NCBI RefSeq assembly: GCF_000493595.2
Contig: NC_022370.1
Direction: 5' to 3' (one strand)
Length of the DNA stretch: 24,000 bases
From: Escherichia coli PMV-1
GTDB lineage: Bacteria; Pseudomonadota; Gammaproteobacteria; Enterobacterales; Enterobacteriaceae
In this document: piece by piece, positions 11,443-22,007 of the stretch
How the letters are laid out: every line of letters starts with the position of its first letter
Position numbering within the stretch: position 1 is the first letter of the stretch
Notes under the pieces: model-generated
The model's input: the letters and a program-made list of their open reading frames with translations, nothing else
What the model was told of the DNA's origin: nothing
Database searches by the model: none
Position numbers and translations under genes: made by a program

Positions 11443-11527
11443 TGCCTGATGGCTACGTTTATCAGGTCTACGTTCAGGTTATTTTGTTGGCCGGATAAGA
11501 CACTTCATTAGCATCATCATCCGGCAT
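11443..11527. repeat. REP-like/BIME-like palindromic region between alsB and alsA
   Basis: 'gcctgatggctacgtttatcaggtctac' followed by 'ttggccggataagacacttcattagcatcatcatccggca'; the GCCGGATAAG...CATCCGGC core resembles E. coli REP sequences but is degenerate. Confidence 0.65.
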
Positions 11528-11536
11528 CATTCAGTT

Positions 11537-12472
11537 TTATTGAGTGACCAGGATTGAATCGACCAGTTTAAATTCCGGTGCTTTATCCAGCGGGATAACC
11601 TTGCCGGATTTCTCAGCGTCAACCATCAGCTTCAGACCCGTTGCACCGATATCCGCCGGGTTCTGGGCAACCGTCGCGGTCATTTGTCCGGCTTCCACCA
11701 TTTTGCGGGCTTCCGGAATGCCATCTGTACCGACGACCAACACTTTGCCCGTTTTTCCAGCGTTTGCGACTGCCTGAGCAACACCCATTGCCATCGTGTC
11801 ATTCGCGCAATAGATCGCTTTAATATTCGGATTACGTTGCAACACGTTAGTGGCGACATCCAGTGCTTTAATACGGTCCCAGTCGGCAGGCTGGCTGGCG
11901 ACAAGCTTGATCTGGCTTGCTTTTTTGAAGGCTTCGGTGGCACCATTACGACGCGCTTCACCGGAGGCGTTACCGGCTTTACCCTCAATGATTGCGACTT
12001 CACCCCCTTCGGCACCCAGCTTGTCAATAATGAATGACGCGCCTTTCGCCCCGACGGCAACATTATCGGTGGTGACAAAACCTTCCACATTACCGCCTGC
12101 TTTTTTCAGATTATCCATGTCGATTTTTTCATCGAGATTGACCAGATAAATGCCTTTTTTCCATGCGCGGGCGACAGGCATGACCAGGTTCACTGAGGAT
12201 AATGGTGCGAAGGCGATACCTTTGTAATTTTTATTACTGAGATCTTCAAATAACTGCAATTGAGATTGAAAATCGCCTTCTGAAGGAGAGGCAAAAATAT
12301 CAACGCTGACGCCCAGCGTTTTTGCTTCATCTTCAATGCCTTTTTTCATATCTACCCAAAATGGATTGGAGAGTGTTTTCAATACGACGGCATATTCGGC
12401 GGCAGCAAAAGCGCTGGTTGACAACATTAAGCCCACGAGTGTGCCGCTGAAATATTTCAGATATTTATTCAT
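11537..12472 (-). CDS. alsB: AlsB, periplasmic D-allose-binding protein
   Basis: 311-aa protein from MNKYLKYFSGTLVGLMLSTSAFAA, with signal peptide and periplasmic sugar-binding fold sequence. The track start is 2 codons upstream. Confidence 0.96.
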   Translation of the reverse strand: MNKYLKYFSGTLVGLMLSTSAFAAAEYAVVLKTLSNPFWVDMKKGIEDEAKTLGVSVDIFASPSEGDFQSQLQLFEDLSNKNYKGIAFAPLSSVNLVMPVARAWKKGIYLVNLDEKIDMDNLKKAGGNVEGFVTTDNVAVGAKGASFIIDKLGAEGGEVAIIEGKAGNASGEARRNGATEAFKKASQIKLVASQPADWDRIKALDVATNVLQRNPNIKAIYCANDTMAMGVAQAVANAGKTGKVLVVGTDGIPEARKMVEAGQMTATVAQNPADIGATGLKLMVDAEKSGKVIPLDKAPEFKLVDSILVTQ

Positions 12473-12530
12473 AATCATGTTCTCACGGTAAGGGGAGAGG
12501 TAACTCCGCGATGGCGGAATTACCTTTTTC

Positions 12531-13421
12531 TTATTTCAGCGCGCCTGGTGAGAAGAAATCAACAATTGCGCCGGTTTTTTGCATATTAATATTAGCTTGT
12601 TCAATATTGAGCTGGGCGACAGAGACAAAAAACGCGTCCAGCAAAGTCAGTTGTAATATTCTTGCCGAGGCATTACGACCTAATAACGGTGTTTCCGGGG
12701 CCGGTGAGCAAATAATATAATCGGCCAGCTTCGCTATTGGTGAATGATAGCTATGCGTTATACAAATAATCTTTGCCCCGTTCTTTTTTGCCAGTTCTAC
12801 AGCCGCTTTTACATCACTGGTTCGCCCGGAATGGGTCACCACCAGCACCACATCTCCTTCCTGTAACAACGAAGCAGACATCATCATGATGTGAGCGTCC
12901 GGATAGGCCTGGCAGCGTACGCCAATGCGCAAAAACTTGTGCTGTACATCAGCACAGATAGCATTTGATCCTCCGGCACCGTACAAATCCCGCTGTCTGG
13001 CCTGATAGAAAAAGCGGGCGGCACGGTGGATCTCATCAACGTTGACGATCGACTGACCTTCCATAATGGTGCGTAAAGTGATGTTAAATACCTTATTCAC
13101 CACATCCTGCGGCGCTTCATCAAAAGCCAACTCGGAAGGCAATACTTGTTCTGACTGAGAAAAATAATCTTCCAGCGCACTGCGTAAGTTACGAAAGCCG
13201 CTAAACCCCAGCAGCTTTGATACCTTAACGATCATCGCTTCAGATACCGCCAGAGCTTCTGCGACATCTTTAATTGCGGGTGCACAACTCAGGTTACCGG
13301 GTTTGAGTAACCACTCCACGATGCGGCTTTCGTTTTCTGTCATTCCTTCCTGCTTCATTCGCAGGTAAGGCGCTAACCCGATACCGTTCGGAAGCGCTGA
13401 ATCAAACTCTGACTGGCTCAT
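12531..13421 (-). CDS. rpiR: RpiR/AlsR transcriptional repressor (HTH plus SIS domain)
   Basis: 296-aa protein from MSQSEFDSALPNGIGLAPYL..., with N-terminal RpiR-type HTH and C-terminal SIS domain (VLVVTHSGRTSDVKAAVELAKKNGAKII). Confidence 0.95.
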   Translation of the reverse strand: MSQSEFDSALPNGIGLAPYLRMKQEGMTENESRIVEWLLKPGNLSCAPAIKDVAEALAVSEAMIVKVSKLLGFSGFRNLRSALEDYFSQSEQVLPSELAFDEAPQDVVNKVFNITLRTIMEGQSIVNVDEIHRAARFFYQARQRDLYGAGGSNAICADVQHKFLRIGVRCQAYPDAHIMMMSASLLQEGDVVLVVTHSGRTSDVKAAVELAKKNGAKIICITHSYHSPIAKLADYIICSPAPETPLLGRNASARILQLTLLDAFFVSVAQLNIEQANINMQKTGAIVDFFSPGALK

Positions 13422-13779
13422 CACGTTCTCTTGTCCTTGAATTGAAGACGCCACTATATCACCACAGCAAGAACAGAAAAGATGCTGGCAACTTCACAAA
13501 AAAATAAAATTTATAAAGTTTGTTTTGTTGTGAATAATGGAGAGTGGCTTAAAATTTCATTTCATTTAATCACTTTAAAAACATGATGTTATTTGTTTTC
13601 CTGGTTTATTAGATGATAGATGTTGCTGGATAGTGAGTGTCTTTAACGCTATTGCGCTGCCAGATGTAACTCTGTAAAACAGATCGGGAAGGCGGATTTC
13701 ATCGATTTTGGGTGTTTTTAATTCATTTACATCACAAATGTTTTTTGATTGTGAAGTTTTGCGCGGGCGGGGAAGATGA
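13422..13779. promoter_or_regulatory. Divergent rpiR/rpiB intergenic region, likely carrying both promoters and operator sites
   Basis: About 358-bp AT-rich non-coding gap between divergently transcribed rpiR and rpiB. Function is inferred from gene orientation; no operator was confidently delineated. Confidence 0.6.
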
Positions 13780-14229
13780 ATGAAAAAGATTGCATTTGGC
13801 TGTGATCATGTCGGTTTCATTTTAAAACATGAAATAGTGGCACATTTAGTTGAGCGTGACGTTGAAGTGATTGATAAAGGAACCTGGTCGTTAGAGCGTA
13901 CTGATTATCCGCATTACGCCAGTCAAGTCGCACTGGCCGTTGCTGGCGGAGAGGCTGATGGCGGGATTTTGATTTGTGGCACTGGCGTCGGTATTTCGAT
14001 AGCGGCGAACAAGTTTGCCGGAATTCGCGCGGTCGTTTGTAGCGAACCTTATTCCGCGCAACTTTCGCGGCAGCATAACGACACCAACGTGCTGGCTTTT
14101 GGTTCACGAGTGGTTGGCCTCGAACTGGCAAAAATGATTGTCGATGCGTGGCTGGGCGCACAGTACGAAGGCGGTCGTCATCAACAACGCGTGGAGGCGA
14201 TTACGGCAATAGAGCAGCAAAGGAATTGA
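13780..14229 (+). CDS. rpiB: RpiB, ribose-5-phosphate isomerase B / allose-6-phosphate isomerase
   Basis: 149-aa ORF starting MKKIAFGCDHVGFILKHEI; motif GGILICGTGVGISIAANKF. Confidence 0.97.
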   Translation: MKKIAFGCDHVGFILKHEIVAHLVERDVEVIDKGTWSLERTDYPHYASQVALAVAGGEADGGILICGTGVGISIAANKFAGIRAVVCSEPYSAQLSRQHNDTNVLAFGSRVVGLELAKMIVDAWLGAQYEGGRHQQRVEAITAIEQQRN

Positions 14230-14297
14230 GATTCATCCACTACTTGCATGGATGAGTAATGACTAATGTGGATAGAGTTTCTTTTTGAGGTTGGCTA

Positions 14298-14627
14298 ATG
14301 AAACGCTTTCCGCTATTTCTTTTATTCACCCTGCTCACGCTGTCCACCGTTCCGGCCCAGGCCGATATTATCGACGACACCATTGGCAATATTCAGCAGG
14401 CGATTAACGACGCTTATAACCCTGACCGTGGGCGAGACTATGAAGATTCGCGCGACGACGGTTGGCAACGCCAGGTGAGCGACGATCGTCGCAAGCAATA
14501 TAACGATCGCCGCCGCCAGTTTGAAGATCGCCGCAGGCAGCTGGACGATCGCCAGCGCCAGCTTGATCAGGAGCGTCGGCAACTGGAAGATGAAGAGCGG
14601 AGAATGGAAGATGAGTATGGGCGTTGA
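14298..14627 (+). CDS. yjdP: YjdP, small secreted protein of unknown function with a highly charged Arg/Asp/Glu/Gln repeat region
   Basis: 109-aa ORF; signal peptide MKRFPLFLLFTLLTLSTVPAQA, then repeating DRRRQFEDRRRQLDDRQRQLDQERRQLEDEERRMEDE. Confidence 0.88.
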   Translation: MKRFPLFLLFTLLTLSTVPAQADIIDDTIGNIQQAINDAYNPDRGRDYEDSRDDGWQRQVSDDRRKQYNDRRRQFEDRRRQLDDRQRQLDQERRQLEDEERRMEDEYGR

Positions 14628-14654
14628 TATAGGGGCCGGCGCGGGTATTTTCCC

Positions 14655-15413
14655 TCACGCCACCTCAATATCCATCCCATCAAACCCCGCCTCAAACCCC
14701 GATGGTAGCGCGTTTTCCATCAGCCACGCATCAAACTGATGGCTGATATGGGTCAGAATCACCCGCGGCGAGCGGATAACCTGATTCAGCGCAAGCACGG
14801 TATTTAAATCACAGTGATTACGCGGTGCATCCTCGCGCGGCGGGTGGCTGCAATCAATCACCATTACCTGTGGCTGATTATTGCGTAAAAATTTCAGCGT
14901 TTTTTCCGGCAGGCCTGCAGTGTCAGACAGCCACGCCACCCGGCTATGTGCCGTTTCCAGTAGATAGCCGAAAGTGAGTTTCGAATGGTTAAGCGGCAGC
15001 GGCGTGACCTGCAACCCCTGCAAATCAAACACCACAAACGGCTCCACCGTGTGGCTGAAATCAAGCAGGCCCGGATGTTTAAACAGATCGTCGCAGCCCT
15101 GCTCATCCGGTGGACCGTAGACCGGGATTGTGTCGCCCACGCCCCAGCGCAGCGGGAACAGCCCCTGGACGTGATCCATATGGTAGTGCGTCAGCAAAAA
15201 CTGCTGGAACGATCCGGGCGACCAGCGATCGGCGAGATCGTGCAGCCCGGCGTCGATCAGGGTGATCGCGTCGTTAAACTTCACGACGCCGCTGCATGGC
15301 TGGCGGCGATACTGCGGCGAGCGTCGCGCTCTGGCGCAGGCCGCGCACTCGCAGCCCCATGCCGGAACGCCCTGTGCGCCGCCGGTGCCGGTGAGCGTGA
15401 GGGTCAGGCTCAT
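14655..15413 (-). CDS. phnP: PhnP, 5-phosphoribosyl 1,2-cyclic phosphate phosphodiesterase (metallo-beta-lactamase fold)
   Basis: 252-aa ORF; metal motif [11 protein letters not shown]; C-X-C-X-X-C zinc-type cluster [10 protein letters not shown]. Confidence 0.96.
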   Translation of the reverse strand: MSLTLTLTGTGGAQGVPAWGCECAACARARRSPQYRRQPCSGVVKFNDAITLIDAGLHDLADRWSPGSFQQFLLTHYHMDHVQGLFPLRWGVGDTIPVYGPPDEQGCDDLFKHPGLLDFSHTVEPFVVFDLQGLQVTPLPLNHSKLTFGYLLETAHSRVAWLSDTAGLPEKTLKFLRNNQPQVMVIDCSHPPREDAPRNHCDLNTVLALNQVIRSPRVILTHISHQFDAWLMENALPSGFEAGFDGMDIEVA

Positions 15414-15414
15414 G

Positions 15415-15849
15415 TTACAGCGCCTTGGTGAAGCGGAAGTGGCTCTGCTCGTAGCCTTCGCGCAGGTAAAATCGGTGCGCGTCGTGGCGCTTCACGTTGG
15501 TGGAAAGCTCGGTCATTTCGGCCCCGGCCTGGCGGGCTTCTTCTTCTGCCCATGCCAGTAATTTACTGCCGACGTTCAGACCGCGCGCCTGCGGCATCAC
15601 CACCAGTTCCTGAATTTCGCCGATCCAGTTGACATGATGCAGATGAAACTGCAAATGCAGGCCGATCATGCCGACAACCTCGCCATCCAACAGCGCCAGA
15701 TGGTAGCGCATATTCGGGTCACGCAGGTTGGCGTTAAAGCCCACGCGAAACGCCTGGTGGTCAAACTCCGCTTGTTTTAGCTCACAAATCAGCGCGTAAA
15801 CCGCGTCGGTGTCGTACTGCGTTGCCGGGCGAAGTTCACAAGCAGGCAT
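15415..15849 (-). CDS. phnO: PhnO, aminoalkylphosphonate N-acetyltransferase (GNAT family)
   Basis: 144-aa ORF with GNAT-like [26 protein letters not shown] motif. Confidence 0.95.
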   Translation of the reverse strand: MPACELRPATQYDTDAVYALICELKQAEFDHQAFRVGFNANLRDPNMRYHLALLDGEVVGMIGLHLQFHLHHVNWIGEIQELVVMPQARGLNVGSKLLAWAEEEARQAGAEMTELSTNVKRHDAHRFYLREGYEQSHFRFTKAL

Positions 15850-16393
15850 GGTGTTTCTCCTTCTGATGAATCAGCGTCAGCAGCGTGTCGACCGACTGGC
15901 GCAGGCTGCCGTCATTATTGAGCGTATGGCAATCCTGAGGAGTATAGCGGGCGGCGCGCGCCAGCCGGGCATTAATTTCACTGGCGTTTTCGCGGCCACG
16001 GTTTTCCAGGCGCTGGCGCAGGATCTCCGGCGAAACCTGTAAACAGATGGGCAGCAGCGCCGATTGATAACGCGCCCGCGCCTGCGGCAGGTGGGCGCGT
16101 GAGCCGTTAACCACGACGTCGAATCCGGCGTGCAGCCAGAGGTCGATCTCAATGCCGACACCGTAATACAAACCATTAGCATGCCAGCTCAAGGCCAGAA
16201 GGTTCTGCCCCGCGCGGGTAAAAAACTCCTGCTCGCTTAAGGCGATATGGTTTTCACTTCCGGCGCTGGCATCACGCGTGATGTAGCGATGCGCTACCAG
16301 TAGCTGGGTTTGTTCCCGCTGGCGGAGTTCCGTCAACAGACTGTCTTTTCCGGAGCCAGAGGCCCCCATTAACCAAATCAGTTTTCCCGTCAT
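15836..16393 (-). CDS. phnN: PhnN, ribose 1,5-bisphosphate phosphokinase
   Basis: 185-aa ORF with P-loop [11 protein letters not shown]. Confidence 0.96.
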   Translation of the reverse strand: MTGKLIWLMGASGSGKDSLLTELRQREQTQLLVAHRYITRDASAGSENHIALSEQEFFTRAGQNLLALSWHANGLYYGVGIEIDLWLHAGFDVVVNGSRAHLPQARARYQSALLPICLQVSPEILRQRLENRGRENASEINARLARAARYTPQDCHTLNNDGSLRQSVDTLLTLIHQKEKHHACL

Positions 16394-17529
16394 CAGAACA
16401 CCCTTTTACCCTGACGCCAGACGTGGTCGATATGAATGTGGTTGCCCTTGCGATGCGCCAGCACCAGGTCGGCGCGTTTGCCCTCGCCAATCACCCCGCG
16501 ATCCTGAAGATTAAGCGCCTGCGCCGGATTTTTAGTCACCAGCTTCACCGCCTGCGGCAGCGTAAAGCGGTTGCTCTCGTCATCGGCGACGCGAAATGCC
16601 GCATCGAGCAGGCTGGCGGGGTAGTAGTCGGAAGAGAGGATATCCAGCAGGCCAAGCTGTGCCAGTTCACTGGCCGCCACGTTGCCGGAGTGCGAACCGC
16701 CGCGCACGATATTCGGCGCGCCCATCAGTACGTTCATGCCATGCTTGCGCGAGGCTTCTGCCGCTTCGAACGTGGTGGGAAATTCGGCGATCACGCTGCC
16801 AAGCTGGTGGGATTCGGCAACGTGGGCGTGCGTGGCGTCATCGTGGCTGGCGAGGGCAATGTGTCGCGCGCGGCACATTGCGGCGATAGTTTCGCGATTA
16901 GGCTGTGACCAGCGTGCGGCAAGCGCCAGTTGCTCCTCTTCGTACTGTTGCATCTGCGCATCGGTGAGCGAGTATTTGCCCTGATAATATTCACGATATT
17001 TTTCGCGGTTGGCGAACTGGCGCTGGCCCGGTGAGTGATCCATCAGCGACACCAGCGTTACCAGTTCGCGCTGTACCAGTTTTTCAAACAGCGGCAGCGT
17101 GGTGTGATGCGGCAGTTCGCAGCGTAGGTGCAGACGGTGCTCGGCACGGTTGACGCCGCGTTTCTGCGTCTCTTCGATGGCGTTGATCATCTTCTCCAGA
17201 TTCTCCAGCCGATCGCCGCCGTCGCGTACATCACCAATCGCCACGGCGTCCAGCACGGTGGTGATGCCGCTCGCCACCATCAGCGCGTCGTGGCTGCTCA
17301 TCGCCGAGTGGGCTGGCCAGTCAACTTTCGGGCGCGGGGTGAAGAATTTATCCAGATTATCGGTATGCAGCTCAATCAGCCCCGGTAGCAGCCAGCCGCC
17401 TTCGCCGTCCATTGCTTCTGACAGGTGACTCTGGCTTTCGGCAAAGGCGCGGATTTCGCCGTCCTGCATCTCCAGAGAACCGTGTACCACCTCGTTTTCC
17501 AGCACCAGTTTGACGTTATTGATAATCAT
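16393..17529 (-). CDS. phnM: PhnM, alpha-D-ribose 1-methylphosphonate 5-triphosphate diphosphatase (amidohydrolase family)
   Basis: 378-aa ORF; amidohydrolase motifs [15 protein letters not shown] and [11 protein letters not shown]. Confidence 0.96.
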   Translation of the reverse strand: MIINNVKLVLENEVVHGSLEMQDGEIRAFAESQSHLSEAMDGEGGWLLPGLIELHTDNLDKFFTPRPKVDWPAHSAMSSHDALMVASGITTVLDAVAIGDVRDGGDRLENLEKMINAIEETQKRGVNRAEHRLHLRCELPHHTTLPLFEKLVQRELVTLVSLMDHSPGQRQFANREKYREYYQGKYSLTDAQMQQYEEEQLALAARWSQPNRETIAAMCRARHIALASHDDATHAHVAESHQLGSVIAEFPTTFEAAEASRKHGMNVLMGAPNIVRGGSHSGNVAASELAQLGLLDILSSDYYPASLLDAAFRVADDESNRFTLPQAVKLVTKNPAQALNLQDRGVIGEGKRADLVLAHRKGNHIHIDHVWRQGKRVF

Positions 17530-18206
17530 GAAGAGACTCCCATTGGGTGCAGGCGGTCGGCGACTTGCTCGCGCACGGTTTCGTCATGGAAGATACCGAC
17601 GATGGCCGCGCCGCGGGCTTTGGCTTCGCGGATCAGTTCCACTACGGCGGCGCTGTTTTTAGCGTCCAGCGAGGCGGTAGGTTCGTCGAGCAGCAGAATG
17701 GGGTAGTCGACGATAAAGCCACGGGCGATGTTGACACGCTGCTGTTCGCCGCCGGAGAAGGTCGATGGTGCCAGGTGCCACAGGCGTTCAGGCACGTTCA
17801 GGTGGGTGAGGAGACGCGCGGCTTTAGCGGCGCAGGCTTCACGCGGTACGCCGGTATCGAGCAGCGGCTGCATCACCACTTCCAGTGCCGAAATACGTGG
17901 GATGACGCGCAGAAACTGGCTTACCCAGCCGACAGTGGTTTTGCGGATCTCCACCACTTTGCGCGCTGGCGCGGTGACCAGGTCGACCCATTCATCACCG
18001 TGTTTGATCTGGATTTGCCCTTCGTCGGGTAGATAGTTGGCATACAGCGAGCGTAGCAGAGTTGATTTTCCACTGCCGGAATGGCCGTGGAGTACCACGC
18101 ATTCGCCGGCGTTGACGGTGAGTGAGGCGCCTTGTAATACAGGCAGGCGCACGCCGTTTTGCTGGTGCAGGATGAAGGTTTTACTGACGTTTTGTACGTT
18201 AATCAT
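17526..18206 (-). CDS. phnL: PhnL, ABC-type ATP-binding protein of the C-P lyase system
   Basis: 226-aa protein from [18 protein letters not shown]..., Walker [10 protein letters not shown], signature FSGGEQQR. The 38 upstream residues in the track ORF are translated REP sequence. Confidence 0.95.
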   Translation of the reverse strand: MINVQNVSKTFILHQQNGVRLPVLQGASLTVNAGECVVLHGHSGSGKSTLLRSLYANYLPDEGQIQIKHGDEWVDLVTAPARKVVEIRKTTVGWVSQFLRVIPRISALEVVMQPLLDTGVPREACAAKAARLLTHLNVPERLWHLAPSTFSGGEQQRVNIARGFIVDYPILLLDEPTASLDAKNSAAVVELIREAKARGAAIVGIFHDETVREQVADRLHPMGVSS

Positions 18207-18228
18207 TTTTCGCCTCGTGGTTCGGGTG

Positions 18229-18312
<84 letters not shown>

Positions 18313-18316
18313 CAGC

Positions 18317-19075
18317 TCAATTCTGCAAAACCGATGACACCAGCAACTGGGTATACGGATGGTGCGGGTCGTCGAGCACGCGGTCGGTTAACCCACTCTC
18401 CACCACTTTCCCTTGCTTCATTACCAGCAAACGGTCCGCCAGCAGACGGGCGACGCCTAAATCGTGGGTGACAATCACCACCGCCAGGTTAAGCTCCATC
18501 ACCAGACCGCGGAGCAGGTCCAGCAGGCGCGCCTGTACCGACACATCCAGCCCGCCAGTGGGTTCATCCATAAACACCAGCTTCGGATGCGTCACCAGGT
18601 TGCGGGCAATCTGCAAACGTTGCTGCATGCCGCCGGAAAAGGTGGTCGGCAGGTCGTCGATCCGGTTGGCGGGAATCTCCACCTCTTCCAGCCATTTCTG
18701 CGCGGTGGCGCGAATATCGCCGTAATGACGCGCTCCGGTTGCCATCAACCGTTCGCCGATATTGCCGCCTGCCGACACCTGGCGGCGCAGGCCGTCAAGC
18801 GGATGCTGATGCACCACACCCCATTCGGTGCGCAGCAGGCGACGGCGGTCGGCCTCGCTCATCGCGTACAGCGAACGGTTCTCGTAGCGAATTTCCCCTT
18901 GCTGTGGTGTCAGGCGGGCGGAGATCGACTTCAGCAGCGTGGTCTTCCCGGAGCCGGACTCCCCAACAATGCCCAGAACTTCTCCCGGCCATAAATCAAA
19001 AGAGACATCGCTGAAGCCTTTGCCCGGGGCATAAAGGTGGGTCAGGTTATTGACCGAAAGTAACGGTTGATTCAT
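18317..19075 (-). CDS. phnK: PhnK, ABC-type ATP-binding protein of the C-P lyase complex
   Basis: 252-aa protein from [20 protein letters not shown]..., Walker [10 protein letters not shown], signature FSGGMQQR. The track start is 10 codons upstream. Confidence 0.96.
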   Translation of the reverse strand: MNQPLLSVNNLTHLYAPGKGFSDVSFDLWPGEVLGIVGESGSGKTTLLKSISARLTPQQGEIRYENRSLYAMSEADRRRLLRTEWGVVHQHPLDGLRRQVSAGGNIGERLMATGARHYGDIRATAQKWLEEVEIPANRIDDLPTTFSGGMQQRLQIARNLVTHPKLVFMDEPTGGLDVSVQARLLDLLRGLVMELNLAVVIVTHDLGVARLLADRLLVMKQGKVVESGLTDRVLDDPHHPYTQLLVSSVLQN

Positions 19076-19917
19076 TGGCTTTTGGCCTCGTTCTGTTGGC
19101 GGCAATAATCGGTATCGGAGCAGACAAACATGCGGTTTCCGGCGTCATCCAGCACCACTTCGTCGAGGTAACTGTGGGTCGATCCGCAGATGGCGCATGG
19201 TTCATCCCACTGCTGGACGGTGAACGGATGATCATCGAAATCGAGGCTTTCCACGCGGGTAAACGGTGGCACGGCATAGATGCGCTTCTCGCGCCCCGCG
19301 CCAAACAGTTGCAGGGCGGGCATCATGTCCATTTTCGGGTTATCGAATTTCGGGATCGGCGACGGGTCCATTACGTAGCGCCCGTTCACCTTCACCGGAT
19401 AGGCGTAGGTGGTGGCGATATGACCGAAGCGGGCGATATCTTCATACAGTTTCACCTGCATCACGCCGTACTCCTCCAGCGCGTGCATGGTGCGCGTTTC
19501 CGTCTCACGCGGCTCAATAAAGCGCAGCGGTTCGGGGATCGGCACCTGGAAGATAATGATCTGATCTTCGGTCAGCGGCGTTTCGGGTATGCGGTGACGC
19601 GTCTGGATAAGTGTCGCATCGTCCGTGCGCTCGGTGGTGTTCACCCCGGTCACGCGCTTAAAGAAGTTACGAATCGACACGGCGTTGGTGGTATCGTCTG
19701 CGCCCTGGTCAATCACCTTCAACACGTCGCTTTCGCCAATCACGCTGGCGGTGAGCTGAATGCCGCCGGTTCCCCAGCCGTAGGGCATCGGCATCTCGCG
19801 TCCGCCAAACGGCACCTGATAACCGGGGATTGCCACCGCTTTTAAGATAGCGCGGCGGATCATGCGTTTGGTCTGCTCGTCGAGGTAAGCAAAGTTGTAG
19901 CCGCTCAGATTAGCCAT
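19072..19917 (-). CDS. phnJ: PhnJ, carbon-phosphorus lyase catalytic subunit (radical SAM)
   Basis: 281-aa protein from MANLSGYNFAYLDEQTKRM..., ending with the cysteine-rich CAICGSTHSYLDEVVLDDAGNRMFVCSDTDYC region. The 63 upstream residues in the track ORF overlap phnI. Confidence 0.97.
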   Translation of the reverse strand: MANLSGYNFAYLDEQTKRMIRRAILKAVAIPGYQVPFGGREMPMPYGWGTGGIQLTASVIGESDVLKVIDQGADDTTNAVSIRNFFKRVTGVNTTERTDDATLIQTRHRIPETPLTEDQIIIFQVPIPEPLRFIEPRETETRTMHALEEYGVMQVKLYEDIARFGHIATTYAYPVKVNGRYVMDPSPIPKFDNPKMDMMPALQLFGAGREKRIYAVPPFTRVESLDFDDHPFTVQQWDEPCAICGSTHSYLDEVVLDDAGNRMFVCSDTDYCRQQNEAKSQ

Positions 19918-20974
19918 GGTTCTGCTCCTGTTGCAGACGTTTGAGTAGCTCCAGTTCGGCCTGGAAATCGACGTAGTGCGGGAGTTTGAGATGCGAAACA
20001 AAGCCTGCGGCTTCGACGTTGTCGGCATGGGCCAGCACGAACTCTTCATCCTGTGCCGGACCTGTTGCGTGCTCGCCGTATTCCGGTGCCTGCAACGCAC
20101 GGTCAACCAGCGCCATCGCCATTGCTTTGCGCTCGCTCATGCCGAACACCAGCCCATAGCCGCGTGTAAAATGCGGTGGTTCATCCGGCGGGTCGATAAA
20201 ACCGTTGACCATTTCACACTCGGTCATCAACAATTCGCCGACGTTCACCGCAAATCCCAGCTCTTCCGGCACAATAAATATATCGATATAGCCACTGCGA
20301 ATTTCGCCTGCGAACGGGTGATTGCGCCCGTAACCGCGTTGGGTGGAGTAGGCCAGCGCCAACAAATAGCCTTCGTCACCGCGCATTAATTGTTGTAGAC
20401 GGGAAGAACGCGAACAGGGATAAACCGGCGGCGTGCGGGTGATGTCGTCCGGTTGTGCGCCGCTATCTTCTTCAAACTTCGCCAGCCCCTGACGCGCCAG
20501 CAGGCTGAAGACGTGTGGCGACGGTTGCTGTTCGCTGTCAGCGGTGGTCAGCGTTGGCGTTTCGCCGTTTGCCAGCAGGGTGAAATCGAGCAGGCGATGG
20601 GTGTAGTCGTAGGTGGGGCCAAGCAGTTGGCCGCCGGGAATGTCTTTATAAATTGCTGAAATACGCCGTTCGAGACGCATCCCGGTGGTGTCGAGCGGCT
20701 CACTGACCGCCAGCTTCGCCAGCGTGGTGCGGTAGGCGCGCAACAGGAAAATCGCTTCGACGTTATCGCCGCTGGCCTGTTTCAGCGCCAGCGCGGCCAG
20801 CTCGCGGTCGGCAATACCGCCTTCGGTCATCACGCGATCTACCGCGAGGTTAAGCTGCTGTTCAATCTGGGCGACGCTCAGTTCAGGCAAATCAGTATCG
20901 CCCCGGCGTCGGCTCTCTTGCAGGGCGTGGGCGGCGTCGATCGCCTTTTCGCCCCCTTTCACGGCAACGTACAT
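19910..20974 (-). CDS. phnI: PhnI, C-P lyase core / ribose 1-methylphosphonate 5-triphosphate synthase subunit
   Basis: 354-aa protein from [21 protein letters not shown]..., recognised as PhnI. Confidence 0.97.
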   Translation of the reverse strand: MYVAVKGGEKAIDAAHALQESRRRGDTDLPELSVAQIEQQLNLAVDRVMTEGGIADRELAALALKQASGDNVEAIFLLRAYRTTLAKLAVSEPLDTTGMRLERRISAIYKDIPGGQLLGPTYDYTHRLLDFTLLANGETPTLTTADSEQQPSPHVFSLLARQGLAKFEEDSGAQPDDITRTPPVYPCSRSSRLQQLMRGDEGYLLALAYSTQRGYGRNHPFAGEIRSGYIDIFIVPEELGFAVNVGELLMTECEMVNGFIDPPDEPPHFTRGYGLVFGMSERKAMAMALVDRALQAPEYGEHATGPAQDEEFVLAHADNVEAAGFVSHLKLPHYVDFQAELELLKRLQQEQNHG

Positions 20975-21558
20975 CAGCACACCTCCACATGAGTGGTTCG
21001 CGGAATAGCCAGCAGGCGCTCGCCGCAGGTCAGGATCAGGTCGATGCCGAGCGGGAACGGGTGCGGGCGCTCGGTAAGTTCATGAAGAATGCACTTTGGC
21101 AGTTGCGGGGCGATCATCCGTTCTTCGGCAATACCTGCGCCGGTGAGGCGCAACATACGCCCACCGCTCAGGCTGGTGACCTGTAAAATCAGCGTTGCGC
21201 CCGCTTCTGGTGCAACGGCAGTGCCGGTGGAAAGGGCGTTGAGCTGCTCGCTGGAGATCGCCTCATCTGTTACCGCGAAGGTCGCCTGTTTCGGCTGATT
21301 AACCAGCGGCGCGTTGGTATGAAAACGCAGGCTCTGATTGACGATATCGTTGCTCAATGGCGCGGCAAGCCACACCGGCGTGTCGTTATCGGCCAGCGTC
21401 AGCAGCACGCTGGTGGTGGCGATATTCAGCGGCTGCCAGCCGCGCTTGAGCTGATGCAGGGCGACAATCACGCCCGGCTCGCTCATGGCCTTTAACAGGC
21501 GACGAAAACTGTGTTGGGCATCCTGCACGGGAAGCATAAAAGCGGTTTCCAGGGTCAT
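20974..21558 (-). CDS. phnH: PhnH, C-P lyase core subunit
   Basis: 194-aa [32 protein letters not shown]..., recognised as PhnH; the stop and the phnI start form TGATG. Confidence 0.96.
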   Translation of the reverse strand: MTLETAFMLPVQDAQHSFRRLLKAMSEPGVIVALHQLKRGWQPLNIATTSVLLTLADNDTPVWLAAPLSNDIVNQSLRFHTNAPLVNQPKQATFAVTDEAISSEQLNALSTGTAVAPEAGATLILQVTSLSGGRMLRLTGAGIAEERMIAPQLPKCILHELTERPHPFPLGIDLILTCGERLLAIPRTTHVEVC

Positions 21559-22007
21559 GCGTTGTCTCCGCGAACCATCGTAAAGAAGTCGACCCGGCTG
21601 GCGTTCACTTCGGCCTGGCGCGCGGCAATGCGTGCCATACGGTCAGCGTCCAGCGGGGTGATAAGGGTTTCTGATAAGTTTTGAAAGTGGCGGTTTTGCT
21701 GCATCAGCGCATCAATCAGCGCACAACGTTCGGCGTGCTGTTTGTCGCGCCCCAGCACCCAGCTATAGCCGAGCGTGCCGTCAGTCAGACGCACGGCGGC
21801 GCGGGTGAGCGTGGCGTCGCCAGCAAAAAAGCGTTCGCCGGTGCCGCCCATTCGCGCCTGAATCTGCACCAGGCCAGTTTCAGCGGCGCGGATCACCTCA
21901 TAATCGGCGTTGATGTTCAGCGCGTTCAGGCGGGCTGCCAGTTCAGCCGGTTGGCTGTGCGCCAGCACGGACATCCAGTGCTGGCGGGTCGCGGTATCTG
22001 CGTGCAT
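21555..22007 (-). CDS. phnG: PhnG, C-P lyase core subunit
   Basis: 150-aa [26 protein letters not shown]..., recognised as PhnG; 4-bp overlap with phnH. Confidence 0.96.
   Translation of the reverse strand: MHADTATRQHWMSVLAHSQPAELAARLNALNINADYEVIRAAETGLVQIQARMGGTGERFFAGDATLTRAAVRLTDGTLGYSWVLGRDKQHAERCALIDALMQQNRHFQNLSETLITPLDADRMARIAARQAEVNASRVDFFTMVRGDNA

Noticed and set aside
11680-12090. 136-aa minus-strand ORF in another frame of alsB, and the 117-aa ORF opposite it
   Set aside because: alsB is intact in its own frame; these are frame shadows rather than evidence for a frameshift.
14894-15431. Antisense and alternative-frame ORFs over phnP (14985..15431 and 14894..15106)
   Set aside because: Overlap the confidently identified phnP; no independent support.
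19075-19845. 256-aa plus-strand ORF opposite phnJ
   Set aside because: Antisense to PhnJ, which is strongly supported; the His/Arg/Gly-rich sequence has no recognisable family features.
19918-20106. 63-aa N-terminal extension of phnJ in the ORF track
   Set aside because: Lies inside phnI in another frame; the PhnJ start MANLSGYN at 19917 fits the usual overlapping operon junction.
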